Shown: piece by piece, positions 38,567-49,135 of the stretch
Position numbering within the stretch: position 1 is the stretch's first letter
Layout: every line of letters begins with the position of its first letter
DNA from: Lysobacterales bacterium
Lineage (GTDB): Bacteria; Pseudomonadota; Gammaproteobacteria; Xanthomonadales; SZUA-5
Length of the DNA: 64,000 nucleotides
Direction of reading: 5' to 3'
Assembly: GCA_022844165.1 (NCBI GenBank)
Contig: JALHMH010000016.1
Coordinates: 1-64,000 of the forward strand
Notes under the pieces: generated by a model
The model's input: only the letters and a program-made list of their open reading frames with translations
Databases searched by the model: none
What the model was told of the DNA's origin: nothing
Translations under genes and position numbers: made by a program

Positions 38567-40177
38567 TCAGCGATAACCGGAACTGATTGGGAAACGCCGA
38601 TCACGCCCAAAGCTGCGGGCTGTGACTCGCGGGCCAGGAGCGGATTGGCGACGTTTATACTCGTTCTTCAGGACCAGAGCAGCGACGCGCTCGACGGTGG
38701 CGCGGTCGTGCCCGGCCGCGACGATTGCCGAGCGCGGTTCGTCATGTTCGATGAAGCGACGCAGGATGTCATCGAGGATCGCGTAGGGCGGCAGCGAATC
38801 CTGATCGGTCTGATTCTCACGTAGTTCGGCCGATGGCGGGCGGGCGATGACGGCCTCCGGAATGACCAGCGACCGCTGGTTGCGGTAACGCGCCAGTGCA
38901 TAAACCTCGGTTTTGTAGACATCCTTGATCGGTGCGAAGCCGCCGCACATGTCGCCGTAGATCGTTGCATAACCAACCGCCATCTCACTCTTGTTGCCGG
39001 TCGTCAGCAGGAGACGGCCAAACTTGTTCGATAGCGCCATCAACAAGACGCCACGACAGCGCGATTGCAGGTTCTCCTCGGTGATGTCGCCTGGATGACC
39101 GGAGAATGTCGGCGCAAGGGTATCGAGAAATGCCTGGAACGGCGCTTCGATCGGCAACACAATAGTCTCGACTCCCTGCGTCGCCGCCTGCGCTGCCGCT
39201 TCGCGATTGCTCAGTTCGGCCGTGTAACGCGATGGCATCAGCACGCCGAGTACGTTGTGTGGCCCCAGTGCGTCGACCGCAATCGCCAACGTCAGTGCCG
39301 AATCGATGCCCCCTGAGAGACCCAGGAGCACGCGTTCGAAACGATTCTTACGGACGTAGTCGCCCGTGGCGCGCACCAACGCAGCGTAGACTTCAGCCTC
39401 TCCCTGTGGCCTTTGCTCCGCTGGCCAGTCCAGCGCACGCACCACGATCCCATCGGGTGTGCGAAGGAGATCGACCAGCAGCAGATGCTCCTCGAAGGCG
39501 GGCGCACGGGCGATGATCTGACCTAGTTTCGAAACCAACAGACTGGCACCATCGAACACCAGATCGTCCTGGCCGCCGATCAGATTGACATAGATCAGCG
39601 GCAAACCCGTTTCGCGCGCGCGAAGCTGCAATACACGCTCTCGCTCAAGTGATTTGCCCTGGTGATAGGGCGATGCGTTGAGCACCAGCAGGACTTCTGC
39701 CCCTTGGCGTTTCGCGTCGGCCGCAGGCTCCTCGAACCACGCGTCTTCGCAGATCAATACGCCGAAACGCAGGCCGCCACGATCGACAACGGCGCTGCCG
39801 CGGCTCTCCGCAAAATAGCGCTTCTCATCGAACACGGTGTAGTTCGGCAAACGCTGCTTACGCACGCGCTCAGTGTGGCCGCGACTGAGCCAGGTGGCGG
39901 CGTTGAAAAGCAGCTGATCGCGCTCGGGGTGGCCCACCAGAACATCGCACGCGATATCGCCAGCGAGCGCAACAAGCGCCTCATTCAAACGCGCCAGAAA
40001 ACCAGGCCGAAACAACAGGTCTTCGGGCGGATAGCCCGATAGTGCCAGTTCGGGCGTGACCAGCAGCGCGCAGCCTTGCTGTGCGGCGCGGCGCGATAAC
40101 TGCGTCATCCGATCACGGTTGCCTGGCACATCTCCCACCGGAAAATCATGTTGCGCGAGGGCTAAGCGAAAGCTCAT
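38567..40177 (-). CDS. nadE: Glutamine-dependent NAD+ synthetase
   Basis: Nitrilase domain (PEL.LSGYPPED; ICED) plus SGGIDS; TGNKSE; PPSAEL. Confidence 0.96.
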   Translation of the reverse strand: MSFRLALAQHDFPVGDVPGNRDRMTQLSRRAAQQGCALLVTPELALSGYPPEDLLFRPGFLARLNEALVALAGDIACDVLVGHPERDQLLFNAATWLSRGHTERVRKQRLPNYTVFDEKRYFAESRGSAVVDRGGLRFGVLICEDAWFEEPAADAKRQGAEVLLVLNASPYHQGKSLERERVLQLRARETGLPLIYVNLIGGQDDLVFDGASLLVSKLGQIIARAPAFEEHLLLVDLLRTPDGIVVRALDWPAEQRPQGEAEVYAALVRATGDYVRKNRFERVLLGLSGGIDSALTLAIAVDALGPHNVLGVLMPSRYTAELSNREAAAQAATQGVETIVLPIEAPFQAFLDTLAPTFSGHPGDITEENLQSRCRGVLLMALSNKFGRLLLTTGNKSEMAVGYATIYGDMCGGFAPIKDVYKTEVYALARYRNQRSLVIPEAVIARPPSAELRENQTDQDSLPPYAILDDILRRFIEHDEPRSAIVAAGHDRATVERVAALVLKNEYKRRQSAPGPRVTARSFGRDRRFPISSGYR

Positions 40178-40324
40178 GTTTCTAGGCACCCATTGAGTGG
40201 TTGATACGCCGGCGCGTCCGGTTCGTTCTGCGGGCGAGGCTTCGCTTCAGTTTCGACGAAGCAGAAGTCCCGCACCGGTTGCGTCTGGCGTCATGGTAGC
40301 GCTGCGGCCCGCATTTTTCCTAGA

Positions 40325-40571
40325 CCAGCGAACCTCTGACGTAGCCGGATCGTGTCGTTTGAGTCAAATTTTCGACGAAGCCGCTTTGGCTCTTGAAGCA
40401 CCCTTGAGTCAAGTGGGGTGAGGATCGGCGCTTACACGCCGCAAGGCGTGTGCCGAGCCGAACGACCGGCGGCTGTGCCGCCGGGCCGGAAATGCCAAGC
40501 GCGGGGTTGTGGCTAAAGCGCTGTCGGGCGAAGCCCACAATGTTCAGTGCGCTCAGGCGAAGCCTCGCCAG
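40325..40571 (+). repeat. ~245-bp structured repeat, copy 4 (more diverged)
   Basis: CCAG at both ends; core nearly identical to copy 2; an inverted right end precedes it at 40234-40250. Confidence 0.9.
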
Positions 40572-40576
40572 GTGTC

Positions 40577-40930
40577 TCATTCGGGCAGGAACATGAACCA
40601 TGCCGCCAGCGCAATCAAAGCGAAAGCGACGTAGTGATTCCAGCGTATCGATTCGCCGAGATAGGCCCAACTAAAGACACAGAATACGGTCAGCGTGATG
40701 ATCTCTTGAATCGTCTTGAGTTGCGCCGCGCTGTAAAAGCCGTGTCCCATGCGATTCGCCGGAACCTGCAAGATGTACTCGGGCAATGCGATCAGCCAAC
40801 TCACGCCAATCGCTAACCACAGAGCGCTTTGTTTATGGCGCAAGTGTCCGTACCACGCAAAAGTCATGAAGACGTTTGACCCGATCAGCAACAGGATCGG
40901 CATCCAGGCTTGAACCGGTACGTTCAGCAC
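40577..40930 (-). CDS. DMT-family small membrane protein (DUF486)
   Basis: SNVFMTFAWYGHL; EY.LQVPANR.G; QLK.IQE.ITL. Confidence 0.88.
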   Translation of the reverse strand: MLNVPVQAWMPILLLIGSNVFMTFAWYGHLRHKQSALWLAIGVSWLIALPEYILQVPANRMGHGFYSAAQLKTIQEIITLTVFCVFSWAYLGESIRWNHYVAFALIALAAWFMFLPE

Positions 40931-40967
40931 GCGCACCTCCGTGAGTCGTCGGCGGCAAGTATCGATC

Positions 40968-43070
40968 TCATGGCGCCTCGATCGCACCAAGCAGGGCAAG
41001 CTCCTGTGCAGAGACGGCCTTGCTCATCCAGTAACCCTGGGCCATCTGGCACCCGAGCGAGCGCAGCAGCGTGTACTGCGCGGCGCTCTCGATACCCTCG
41101 CCCACAACTTCCATGCCCAACGACGTTGCCATGGCGATAATCGCGCTCGCGAGGGCACGGTCCTCCGGGTCGTTCAAGATGTCGGCGATAAAGCTGCGGT
41201 CGATCTTGACGCCATCGACGCGTGCGCGGCGCACGTGCGACAAGCCGGAGAATCCAGTACCAAAATCGTCCAGCCAGATTCGCGCTCCGGCCTTGCGCAG
41301 TTCGGTGAGTACCGCAAATGCCTGCGCCTCGTCGTGCATCAGACTCGACTCCGTCAATTCCAGATGCAACAAGCGCGGCTCAAGCCCAGATTCGGCAAGG
41401 GCGTCCGCAACGCGCTTTTCCAGGCCGGGGCGCTGAATCTGGCGGCCAGATACGTTGACAGCAACATACCTGCCCGGCGCGTGCATCTGCCATGCCGCTG
41501 CGGCGCGGCACGCGCTTCGCAGCGCAAAGTCGCCGAGCGCATCAATCAAGCCAGTGGCTTCGGCGACCGGGACGAACATGGATGGTGGAATCGTACCGCG
41601 CTGCGGGTGATGCCAGCGCAGCAGTGCCTCGGCGCCGACCAGCGCGCCAGACTGCATGGCATAGATGGGCTGGTAGGAAACCGTCAATCGCTCGTTATCG
41701 AGCGCTGCCCGCAGTTCGTGTTCGAGCATCAAGCGCTCTTCGGCCAGCAGCGTCAAATGACCGGCAAAAAAACGGTAGCAGTTCTTTCCCTGCTGCTTGG
41801 CTTGATACATCGCCAGATCGCCATGCTTGAGCAGCAGTTTCGGACTATGCGCATCGTCTGGGAAGACTGTGATGCCGATACTGGCACTGACGAGTAAGGA
41901 CTTGTCGACGACATCGAAAGGTTCTCGCAATTGCTGCAACACAGCTTTTGCCGCGGATTCGGCGCGCGGCGCGGCTTCGGGGCCTTCGATCAGTGCGACG
42001 AACTCATCGCCGCCCAGTCGCGCGAAGGTGATGGGCGATCCGCCACTATCCAACCCCAGTGCGCGGTGGCAACGTGCGGCGAATTCGGTCAGCACTTGAT
42101 CGCCGGCGTCGTGCCCCAGCGTATCGTTGATGCGCTTGAAGTCGTCCAGATCGATGAACAATAGCGCCAGTCCACGATCGCCGACGCTGGCAACGGCCTG
42201 CTCCAACCGCTCACGGAAGCTGAGGCGATTAGGCAGGGAAGTCAGTGCATCCCGATACGCAAGTTTGTGGATGTCGGCATGGTGTTTTCGCACGCCTTCG
42301 CTCATGCGGCCAAAAGCGCGCATCAGATCGCCGAGTTCATCGCTGCGCCTGCTCGCGGCTGCGGCGCCATACTGGCCCTGTTCGATTTCTTCGGCGCGCA
42401 ACGACAGCTCGCGAATCGGTCGCACCAACCCGCGCGCGATCCACCAACCCACAAGACCGATATTCGCGAGCAACGCCAGAAGGCCCAGCAGCAACACCCG
42501 CACTGGCGTTGCGAAGTTCTCGCGGAGCGCTACGTGCGCCTGTTCGGTGTCGATCGCCACCGCAGCGTCCATTCGGTCGGTGGACATACCTACCCGGACG
42601 CCGCCAAGGCGCAGTTCGCCAATCAGCATCGGCGCACTGGCGTCGAGCACTCCATCGCCCCATTGCACGCGGAGTTCTTCGCTTGCGATGAGTCCCGGTG
42701 CCAGGGCGTCGTCCATTCGCTGGCCGAACTTCATGATGTCGCGCGAGCCATCGTGGATCACGCGGCCGCGTTGGTCGTACACCAGTACATACTGGACGTC
42801 TGGTTGCGCCAATGCCGAGCGCAAGACCTCGCGCATGGTCAGCAAGTCGAAGTAATACAGAGGATTGGTGAGTGCATCGCGCAAGAAAGCGGCAAGTTGC
42901 CGCGCGCGGTCATCCAGGGCTGCGCGTGCGGTATCGCGTAAGCTTCGTTCGTTCTTGGTCAGTACGTCGTCGACGGCATTGCGAGCCGTCAGCCACGTAC
43001 CGACCAGTACTGCCGACCAGACCAGGCCTGTCAAGAGCAGCCCGACGAAAAACTTGCCACGCAAACCCAT
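40968..43070 (-). CDS. Membrane HAMP-GGDEF-EAL protein
   Basis: Two TMs; HAMP (DELGDL); GGDEF; EAL; DDFGTG; EGIE. Confidence 0.93.
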   Translation of the reverse strand: MGLRGKFFVGLLLTGLVWSAVLVGTWLTARNAVDDVLTKNERSLRDTARAALDDRARQLAAFLRDALTNPLYYFDLLTMREVLRSALAQPDVQYVLVYDQRGRVIHDGSRDIMKFGQRMDDALAPGLIASEELRVQWGDGVLDASAPMLIGELRLGGVRVGMSTDRMDAAVAIDTEQAHVALRENFATPVRVLLLGLLALLANIGLVGWWIARGLVRPIRELSLRAEEIEQGQYGAAAASRRSDELGDLMRAFGRMSEGVRKHHADIHKLAYRDALTSLPNRLSFRERLEQAVASVGDRGLALLFIDLDDFKRINDTLGHDAGDQVLTEFAARCHRALGLDSGGSPITFARLGGDEFVALIEGPEAAPRAESAAKAVLQQLREPFDVVDKSLLVSASIGITVFPDDAHSPKLLLKHGDLAMYQAKQQGKNCYRFFAGHLTLLAEERLMLEHELRAALDNERLTVSYQPIYAMQSGALVGAEALLRWHHPQRGTIPPSMFVPVAEATGLIDALGDFALRSACRAAAAWQMHAPGRYVAVNVSGRQIQRPGLEKRVADALAESGLEPRLLHLELTESSLMHDEAQAFAVLTELRKAGARIWLDDFGTGFSGLSHVRRARVDGVKIDRSFIADILNDPEDRALASAIIAMATSLGMEVVGEGIESAAQYTLLRSLGCQMAQGYWMSKAVSAQELALLGAIEAP

Positions 43071-43081
43071 CGCCGTCGCCG

Positions 43082-43993
43082 CTATTCGATTTGTGCGCGG
43101 ACGCGCCGCACACCGACGCGTAGCGCATCCAGTCGCACAATCGTCTGCGCATCGATAGCATCGAAACGCTCAGTCCGCTGGTAGGCGCGGAGCGCATCGC
43201 CCGCTTGCGGATCGCCGTGCGCCTTCAAAAGCAGCTCGCGTAGCCGCTGCTTGATCGGCGCAGGCAATCCCGGACGGACGATCTCCAACGCGCGCGGGTA
43301 CTCATCGGATACGTGAAATGTCACCAACTGCTCGAGCGCCATAGGATTGATGGCGACCAGATCTGCCCAATCCTGGCTGCTGATGGCTGCGGCATCCACC
43401 AACTTTTTTTGTACCCAGGTGACCAGATTGCTTTCCGACCGGGCAAAGGTGTATCCGACAAAATCCGCTGGCGGGCGCTCCAATGGCGAGCCCTGAATCG
43501 CCAGATTCAAGTTCGCATCAAGCAAGATCGCTGCAGGCAATAAGTAGGCACTGGTGGACATCGGATGCTGGAACCCGATCGCCCGGCCGGGCAAGTCGTC
43601 GAGCGAGTCGATGCCGCTGTCCCGATGTGCGAAAAACAGGGTGCGATAGTCATAAAATCCGCCGCGACGGGCGCGCACCAGGAACTCAGCACCCGTGCGG
43701 TCTTGCAAGCCGATCGCTGCGCCAGCAGTTTCGCTCAACCAATCCACCTTTCCCTGACGCAGATAACTCACCATCTGCTGCGCGTCTCGCGCCATCAAGA
43801 TGCGGCCCTGTTTCACGCCCAGATCGCCCATCCGTGCCACAACGTAGTTCAGCAACGGCTGCATGCGCTCGTAATGAGTCTTTGGGTCATCGCTGATGCG
43901 CCCAATGACCAGCGTCTCATGCGCGCCAGACGATGTTGCCAGCAGCAGCGCGAGCCAAACGAACAACGACCGCAGGCGCATATCCGAGTCCAT
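43082..43993 (-). CDS. PhnD-like periplasmic substrate-binding protein
   Basis: Signal peptide; STSAYLLP motif; 11 bp upstream of the GGDEF-EAL gene. Confidence 0.8.
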   Translation of the reverse strand: MDSDMRLRSLFVWLALLLATSSGAHETLVIGRISDDPKTHYERMQPLLNYVVARMGDLGVKQGRILMARDAQQMVSYLRQGKVDWLSETAGAAIGLQDRTGAEFLVRARRGGFYDYRTLFFAHRDSGIDSLDDLPGRAIGFQHPMSTSAYLLPAAILLDANLNLAIQGSPLERPPADFVGYTFARSESNLVTWVQKKLVDAAAISSQDWADLVAINPMALEQLVTFHVSDEYPRALEIVRPGLPAPIKQRLRELLLKAHGDPQAGDALRAYQRTERFDAIDAQTIVRLDALRVGVRRVRAQIE

Positions 43994-44132
43994 GAAAGTG
44001 AACGCAGAGTATAGGCAGATGCGTATGGCTTACTGGGATCGAATGTCGTGAACAGCTGTGCCGTATGCTCCGCGCCGCGCTGGGGCGATACAGGCCCCGC
44101 GAACGGCACACAGCGAGTTGGAGGGAGTACGA

Positions 44133-46007
44133 ATGACCTGGTCAATCGACGCAGCACGCCAAACCTACAGCGTTCCATTCTGGTCGGATGGTTACGTGGA
44201 CATCGATGCAGCCGGCGACGTGCTGATTCGCCCCGAAGGCGAGCAGGCTCCTGGCATCTCGTTGCCCAAGGTGATCGCCGCGGCGCGGGCGAACGGCTTA
44301 CGCGTGCCGCTGCTGGTGCGCTTCCCGCAAATGCTGAGTCACCGCGTGCGGCGTTTGCAGAGTGCGTTCGACAAAGCGATGCACGATCGCAGCTACGGCG
44401 GCGGCTACACCAGCGTGTTTCCGATCAAAGTGAATCAACAGCGCGCCGTGGTGAGCGAATTCGTTGGCAATTCCGGATCCGGCTTTGGCCTTGAAGCTGG
44501 CAGCAAACCCGAGCTGATGACGGTGCTGGCGATGAGTCGTGGCGGTGTCGTGATTTGCAATGGTTACAAGGACCGCGAGTACATTCGACTGGCGCTGATC
44601 GGCCGCAAGCTCGGTCTTGAGATCTACATCGTGATCGAAAAGGCCGGCGAGCTGCCGCTGGTCATCGAGGAGGCCGCGAAACTTGGCGTGGAACCGTTGC
44701 TTGGTGTGCGCATGCGCTTGAAGTCGATCGGCGCCGGCAAATGGCAAAACACGGGTGGCGATAAGGCCAAGTTTGGTTTGATGCCCGGGCAACTGCTGGA
44801 GCTGTCGTCTTCACTCAAGGCGGCGGGATTGACCGACGCGCTGAAATTGCTGCATTTCCATATGGGCTCGCAGATCTCCAATGTCCGGGATATTGCCGGC
44901 GGCATGCGCGAAGCAACGCGCTACTTCGTGGAAATCAGCAAGCTCGGACACACGATCAGTCACGTCGATGTCGGCGGCGGTCTGGGCGTCGACTACGAGG
45001 GAACGCGATCGCGCAGTTTTTGCTCGATGAATTACGGGCTCGATCAGTATGCGCAGGCGATCGTTACGCCACTGGCCGAAGCTTGCGCCGAATTTGGATT
45101 GCCGCATCCACGCGTTGTCACCGAATCGGGTCGGGCGATGACCGCGCACCACGCCGTGCTGGTCACCGATGTCACGGCGGTGGAGCGCATGCCCGTTGGC
45201 AATCCGCTGGCTGGGCAGGCGGGTGGGTCGGCGGCCTTGCGGCATTTGCGTGAGCTGCATGGCGAGCTGGATCGGCGCCCGCTGCTGGAGTTGTATCAGG
45301 AGGCGCAGCACTACGCGCACGAAGGTCAAACGCTGTTCGCGCATGGCGCGATCGATCTTGCCGAGCGCGCTGCGCTTGATGATGTGTACTACGCGATCGT
45401 CCACGCGGTACTCACACGATTGAAGTCCGATCCGCGGGCGAATGGCGAAACGATCGACGAACTGACCGAAGCGCTCGCCGACAAGTTCTTCGTCAATGCT
45501 TCGGTGTTTCAGTCCATGCCCGATGTCTGGGCGCTCGATCAAGTGTTTCCGATTCTGCCGCTGGCCGGGCTCGACCGGCGGCCGGAACGCCGCGCGCTCC
45601 TGGAAGACCTCACTTGTGACTCCGATGGACGTATCGATCACTACGTCGATTCAGAAGCGCTGAAAGGCACGATGCCGGTGCACGCGCCCGTCGACGGCAC
45701 GCCGTATTACCTGGGCGTGTTCATGGTCGGCGCATACCAGGAAACTCTGGGCGACATCCACAACCTGTTCGGCGACACCGACAGCATCAGTGTACGGGTC
45801 AACGCGGACGGGTTTACCTTGGAAGACGCACGCGAGGGCGACACCACCGATGAGCTGTTGAAGTACGTTGGCTACGACATCGACCAGTTGCGCATGGCCT
45901 ATCGCGCCAAGGTCGGCGCGCTGAAGCTCGAGCCCGGGGAATCCAAGCGCCTGAGCGAAGCGCTCGAGGCCGGACTTACCGGGTACACATACTTGCATGA
46001 CGAATAG
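44133..46007 (+). CDS. speA: Biosynthetic arginine decarboxylase
   Basis: FPIKVNQ; EAGSKPEL; HFHMGSQI; DVGGGLGVDY; LTCDSDG; GAYQE.LG..HNLFG. Confidence 0.97.
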   Translation: MTWSIDAARQTYSVPFWSDGYVDIDAAGDVLIRPEGEQAPGISLPKVIAAARANGLRVPLLVRFPQMLSHRVRRLQSAFDKAMHDRSYGGGYTSVFPIKVNQQRAVVSEFVGNSGSGFGLEAGSKPELMTVLAMSRGGVVICNGYKDREYIRLALIGRKLGLEIYIVIEKAGELPLVIEEAAKLGVEPLLGVRMRLKSIGAGKWQNTGGDKAKFGLMPGQLLELSSSLKAAGLTDALKLLHFHMGSQISNVRDIAGGMREATRYFVEISKLGHTISHVDVGGGLGVDYEGTRSRSFCSMNYGLDQYAQAIVTPLAEACAEFGLPHPRVVTESGRAMTAHHAVLVTDVTAVERMPVGNPLAGQAGGSAALRHLRELHGELDRRPLLELYQEAQHYAHEGQTLFAHGAIDLAERAALDDVYYAIVHAVLTRLKSDPRANGETIDELTEALADKFFVNASVFQSMPDVWALDQVFPILPLAGLDRRPERRALLEDLTCDSDGRIDHYVDSEALKGTMPVHAPVDGTPYYLGVFMVGAYQETLGDIHNLFGDTDSISVRVNADGFTLEDAREGDTTDELLKYVGYDIDQLRMAYRAKVGALKLEPGESKRLSEALEAGLTGYTYLHDE

Positions 46008-46245
46008 CGACGACGCTCCTGCGCAAAGAGCGAGCGAGGGTTTGCGGGCTGCCGCGTTGAGTGCAAGGCGCCGCAGAGCACCTGCGACTGGATGCGCTGG
46101 CGGGAGGAGCGAAGCAGGAACTGCCGCTGCGTTAGCGAAGACATCTCGATCATGCTCGGGGATTTCCGCCATGCGTCTCCTCGCGACACTAAGCGACATC
46201 CGGGCCAGGCCAACGGCCGTCGGCCGCGCTGGCATCTATCGAAAA

Positions 46246-46301
46246 GTCAAGTGTACTTATCACTACGTCAAGGGTACTTGACAACGTCAAGTGTCCTTGA
46301 C
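46246..46301. promoter_or_regulatory. Three tandem palindromic operators
   Basis: GTCAAGTGTACTTATC (46246), GTCAAGGGTACTTGAC (46267), GTCAAGTGTCCTTGAC (46286). Confidence 0.75.
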
Positions 46302-46330
46302 TAGCCTTCTCAGCACCGAGGAGGCGAGCC

Positions 46331-46738
46331 ATGTTTGAAATTCGACCCGATCCTTTATTCAGAGCAGCAATGCGTCGCTATGTGATTCGCTTCAATCTGG
46401 CCATGGCCGCGTACGCGCTCCTGATCGTCATGTGTCTGCCTTGGGTCAAGCGCGTCGACTGGGTTCTGGGCAAGATCGCGTTGGCGCTGCTGCCGCTGCT
46501 GCCGGTGGCCTACGCGGTTCGCGAGCTCGTTCGTGTGATCGGTGTGTTCGACGAGCTGCAACGCCGAATCCAGTTCGAAGCGATCGCCGTGTCCTCACTG
46601 ATCACGTGTTTCGGCACTCTGGCGTGGGGGCTGCTCGAAAAGGCTGGCTTGCCAGTGTTGCCGGTGGTGCTGGTGACACCGCTGTTCTGCGGCATCTACG
46701 GGATCGCATTGGTCGTGATTTCCCGGCGTTACCGCTGA
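46331..46738 (+). CDS. Four-TM membrane protein
   Basis: Hydrophobic with a DELQRRIQ.EA motif; GGAGG RBS; coupled to the HTH gene. Confidence 0.75.
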   Translation: MFEIRPDPLFRAAMRRYVIRFNLAMAAYALLIVMCLPWVKRVDWVLGKIALALLPLLPVAYAVRELVRVIGVFDELQRRIQFEAIAVSSLITCFGTLAWGLLEKAGLPVLPVVLVTPLFCGIYGIALVVISRRYR

Positions 46739-46941
46739 TGCATAACCGCCTCAAAGTGCTGCGTGCCGAACGCAACTGGAGTCAGGCGTATCTGGCCGAA
46801 GCGCTGGGCGTATCGCGACAAACCGTCAACGCTATCGAGACCGGCAAGTACGATCCGAGCCTGCCGCTGGCTTTCAGAATTGCGCACCTGTTCGGTGCTT
46901 CGATTGAACAGATTTTTACTCCTGAGGAGACGTTGTCGTGA
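46738..46941 (+). CDS. XRE-family HTH regulator
   Basis: MHNRLKVLRAERNWSQAYLAEALGVSRQTVNAIETGKYDPSLPLAF. Confidence 0.93.
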   Translation: MHNRLKVLRAERNWSQAYLAEALGVSRQTVNAIETGKYDPSLPLAFRIAHLFGASIEQIFTPEETLS

Positions 46942-48404
46942 AACGATGGTTCTGGCTCGCAATCGGCGCTTGGCTGGCGGCTTCCGCCGATGCGCGTACG
47001 GTTGGCGAGATCGAGTTCAAGAAATGCGAGCTGCCGGTGGTTGGCATGCGCCCTTCCAATCCAGAGAACGCCGAATGCGCAACGCTCACAGTCCCTGAAA
47101 ATTGGGAGGCACCCGATGGGCGCAAGATTGAACTTGCGCTCGCGCTGGTGCCGTCGCGAGCGCCGCGGGCCAAGCCTGATCCAGTGTTTATGCTGGCCGG
47201 CGGCCCGGGTCAGTCGGCGCGGGAGTCGTGGCGCGTGGTCGCGGCGGCATTTCAGGACATCCTCGCCGAACGTCACGTGATCCTTCTCGATCAGCGCGGA
47301 ACGGGTGCGTCGAATCGCTTTCGGTGCCCGAACGACGACAACTTTGATGCGCTCGCTGCGGAGTTCAGTCCAGCGCTGGCGGCGCAGGCGGCCAGACAGT
47401 GCATCGAAGCGAATCGCGACACCCACGATGCGCGCTATTACTCAAGCGAGGATGCCGCCAAGGACTTAGATCGCGTCCGCGCGGCGCTTGGCAGCGAACA
47501 ACTGAATCTCGTCGGCGTGTCGTACGGTACACGCATGGCGCAGGTGTACGCCAAACGCTATCCGGACCGTGTGCGGACGATGCTGCTCGACAGCGTCGTG
47601 CCCAACGAGCTTGCGCTCGGCAGCGAACATGCGGTCAACCTTGAAACGACATTGAAAGAGACCCTCGCGCGCTGCACGAACGATGCCGAATGTCAGAAAA
47701 CCTTCGGCGATCCGTATGCGACCTTGTACGAAATCAAGGCGGCGATCGCCGCGGCTCCGCGCATGGTGCCGGTGCGCGATCCGCGCAATGGCGCCGTCGT
47801 GGAGCGCCCGCTCAATTCGCAGAGTCTGTCCACGGTGGCGCGCATGTACATGTACCAACCAGCGGTTGCCGCGCTACTGCCGGTGGTGCTCGCGGAGGCG
47901 AAGGCTGGTCGTTATGAATCGCTGATTGCGCAGGCGCAGATGATGGGCGACGACCTTGGCGCGCAGATTGCGATGGGTATGCACTGGAGCGTGCTGTGTG
48001 CCGAAGACGCGCCGAAGATGCAGCCACGTCCGCAGGATCGGGACCTGATATTGGGCGATGACTTGGTCGAGGTCACCATTGCCTGGTGTGGCGAATGGCC
48101 GAAACGCGCCATGCCGCCCGATACGCATGCCCCGGCCACGCATTCGATTCCGACGTTGGCGCTGTCCGGTCAGTACGATCCGGTCACGCCGCCGCGGTAC
48201 GGCGATCAAGCCATCGCGCAGATGAAAAACGCTCGGCATATCGTTGTGCCCGGCGTCGGCCATAGCGTGATGGGTGCTGGTTGCGCGCCACGATTGGTCG
48301 CCGAATTCATCGACGCGGCGAGCGCCAAGGACCTCGATCCCAAGTGTTTGGAGTCGCTGACCCCTGCGCCGTTTTTCCTCAATCTTTCCGGGAGCGCACC
48401 GTGA
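46938..48404 (+). CDS. Secreted alpha/beta hydrolase (TAP-like peptidase)
   Basis: GGPG; DQRGTG; GVSYGT; DPVTP; GH. Confidence 0.88.
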   Translation: MKRWFWLAIGAWLAASADARTVGEIEFKKCELPVVGMRPSNPENAECATLTVPENWEAPDGRKIELALALVPSRAPRAKPDPVFMLAGGPGQSARESWRVVAAAFQDILAERHVILLDQRGTGASNRFRCPNDDNFDALAAEFSPALAAQAARQCIEANRDTHDARYYSSEDAAKDLDRVRAALGSEQLNLVGVSYGTRMAQVYAKRYPDRVRTMLLDSVVPNELALGSEHAVNLETTLKETLARCTNDAECQKTFGDPYATLYEIKAAIAAAPRMVPVRDPRNGAVVERPLNSQSLSTVARMYMYQPAVAALLPVVLAEAKAGRYESLIAQAQMMGDDLGAQIAMGMHWSVLCAEDAPKMQPRPQDRDLILGDDLVEVTIAWCGEWPKRAMPPDTHAPATHSIPTLALSGQYDPVTPPRYGDQAIAQMKNARHIVVPGVGHSVMGAGCAPRLVAEFIDAASAKDLDPKCLESLTPAPFFLNLSGSAP

Positions 48405-49135
48405 TCGAACTGAACGATTTGCGCAAGACGTTTGGCGCGGTCAAGGCCGTCGACGGCGTGAGTTTCGTCGCGCGGGATGGCGAGATCACCGGACTGCTCG
48501 GGCCTAATGGCGCCGGCAAGACGACCACGTTGCGCATGCTGTACACATTGATGAAACCAGAAACCGGGAGCATCAAAGTCGACGGCGTGGACATCACGCG
48601 GAACCCCGACGCGGTGCGCCGCAATCTGGGCGTGCTGCCGGATGCACGCGGGCTCTACAAGCGCTTGAGCGCACGCGAGAACATCGAGTACTTCGGGCGT
48701 TTGCACGGCCTCGATGAAGCGACGTTAAAGATGCGTTGCGATGCGCTGATCCAGGCGCTGAATATTGGCGATATCGAACAACGCAAGACCGAAGGCTTCA
48801 GCAACGGCCAACGCGTCAAGACGGCGATCGCCCGCGCGCTGATCCACGACCCGCGCAACGTCTTGCTCGACGAACCCACCAATGGCCTTGATGTCATGGC
48901 GACACGGGCGTTGCGCCAGTTCATGTTGAATCTGCGCGGCGAAGGACGCTGCGTGCTGTTTTCTTCGCACATCATGCAAGAGGTCGCGGCACTGTGCGAT
49001 CGCATCGTGGTCATCGCCAAGGGCCGTGTCGTCGCCCAAGGTACGGCAGACGAGCTTCGTGCGCAAACCGGCGAAAGCAATCTTGAAGATGCCTTCGTCA
49101 AAGTCATTGGATCGGAAGAAGGCCTCTCGCTATGA
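48401..49135 (+). CDS. ABC transporter ATP-binding protein (NatA-like)
   Basis: GPNGAGKTT; FSNGQ; LLDEPT; SSH. Confidence 0.93.
   Translation: MIELNDLRKTFGAVKAVDGVSFVARDGEITGLLGPNGAGKTTTLRMLYTLMKPETGSIKVDGVDITRNPDAVRRNLGVLPDARGLYKRLSARENIEYFGRLHGLDEATLKMRCDALIQALNIGDIEQRKTEGFSNGQRVKTAIARALIHDPRNVLLDEPTNGLDVMATRALRQFMLNLRGEGRCVLFSSHIMQEVAALCDRIVVIAKGRVVAQGTADELRAQTGESNLEDAFVKVIGSEEGLSL

Noticed and set aside
46246-46301. Mini CRISPR array
   Set aside because: 16-bp palindromes with 3-5 bp gaps, no spacers and no cas genes; fits an operator.
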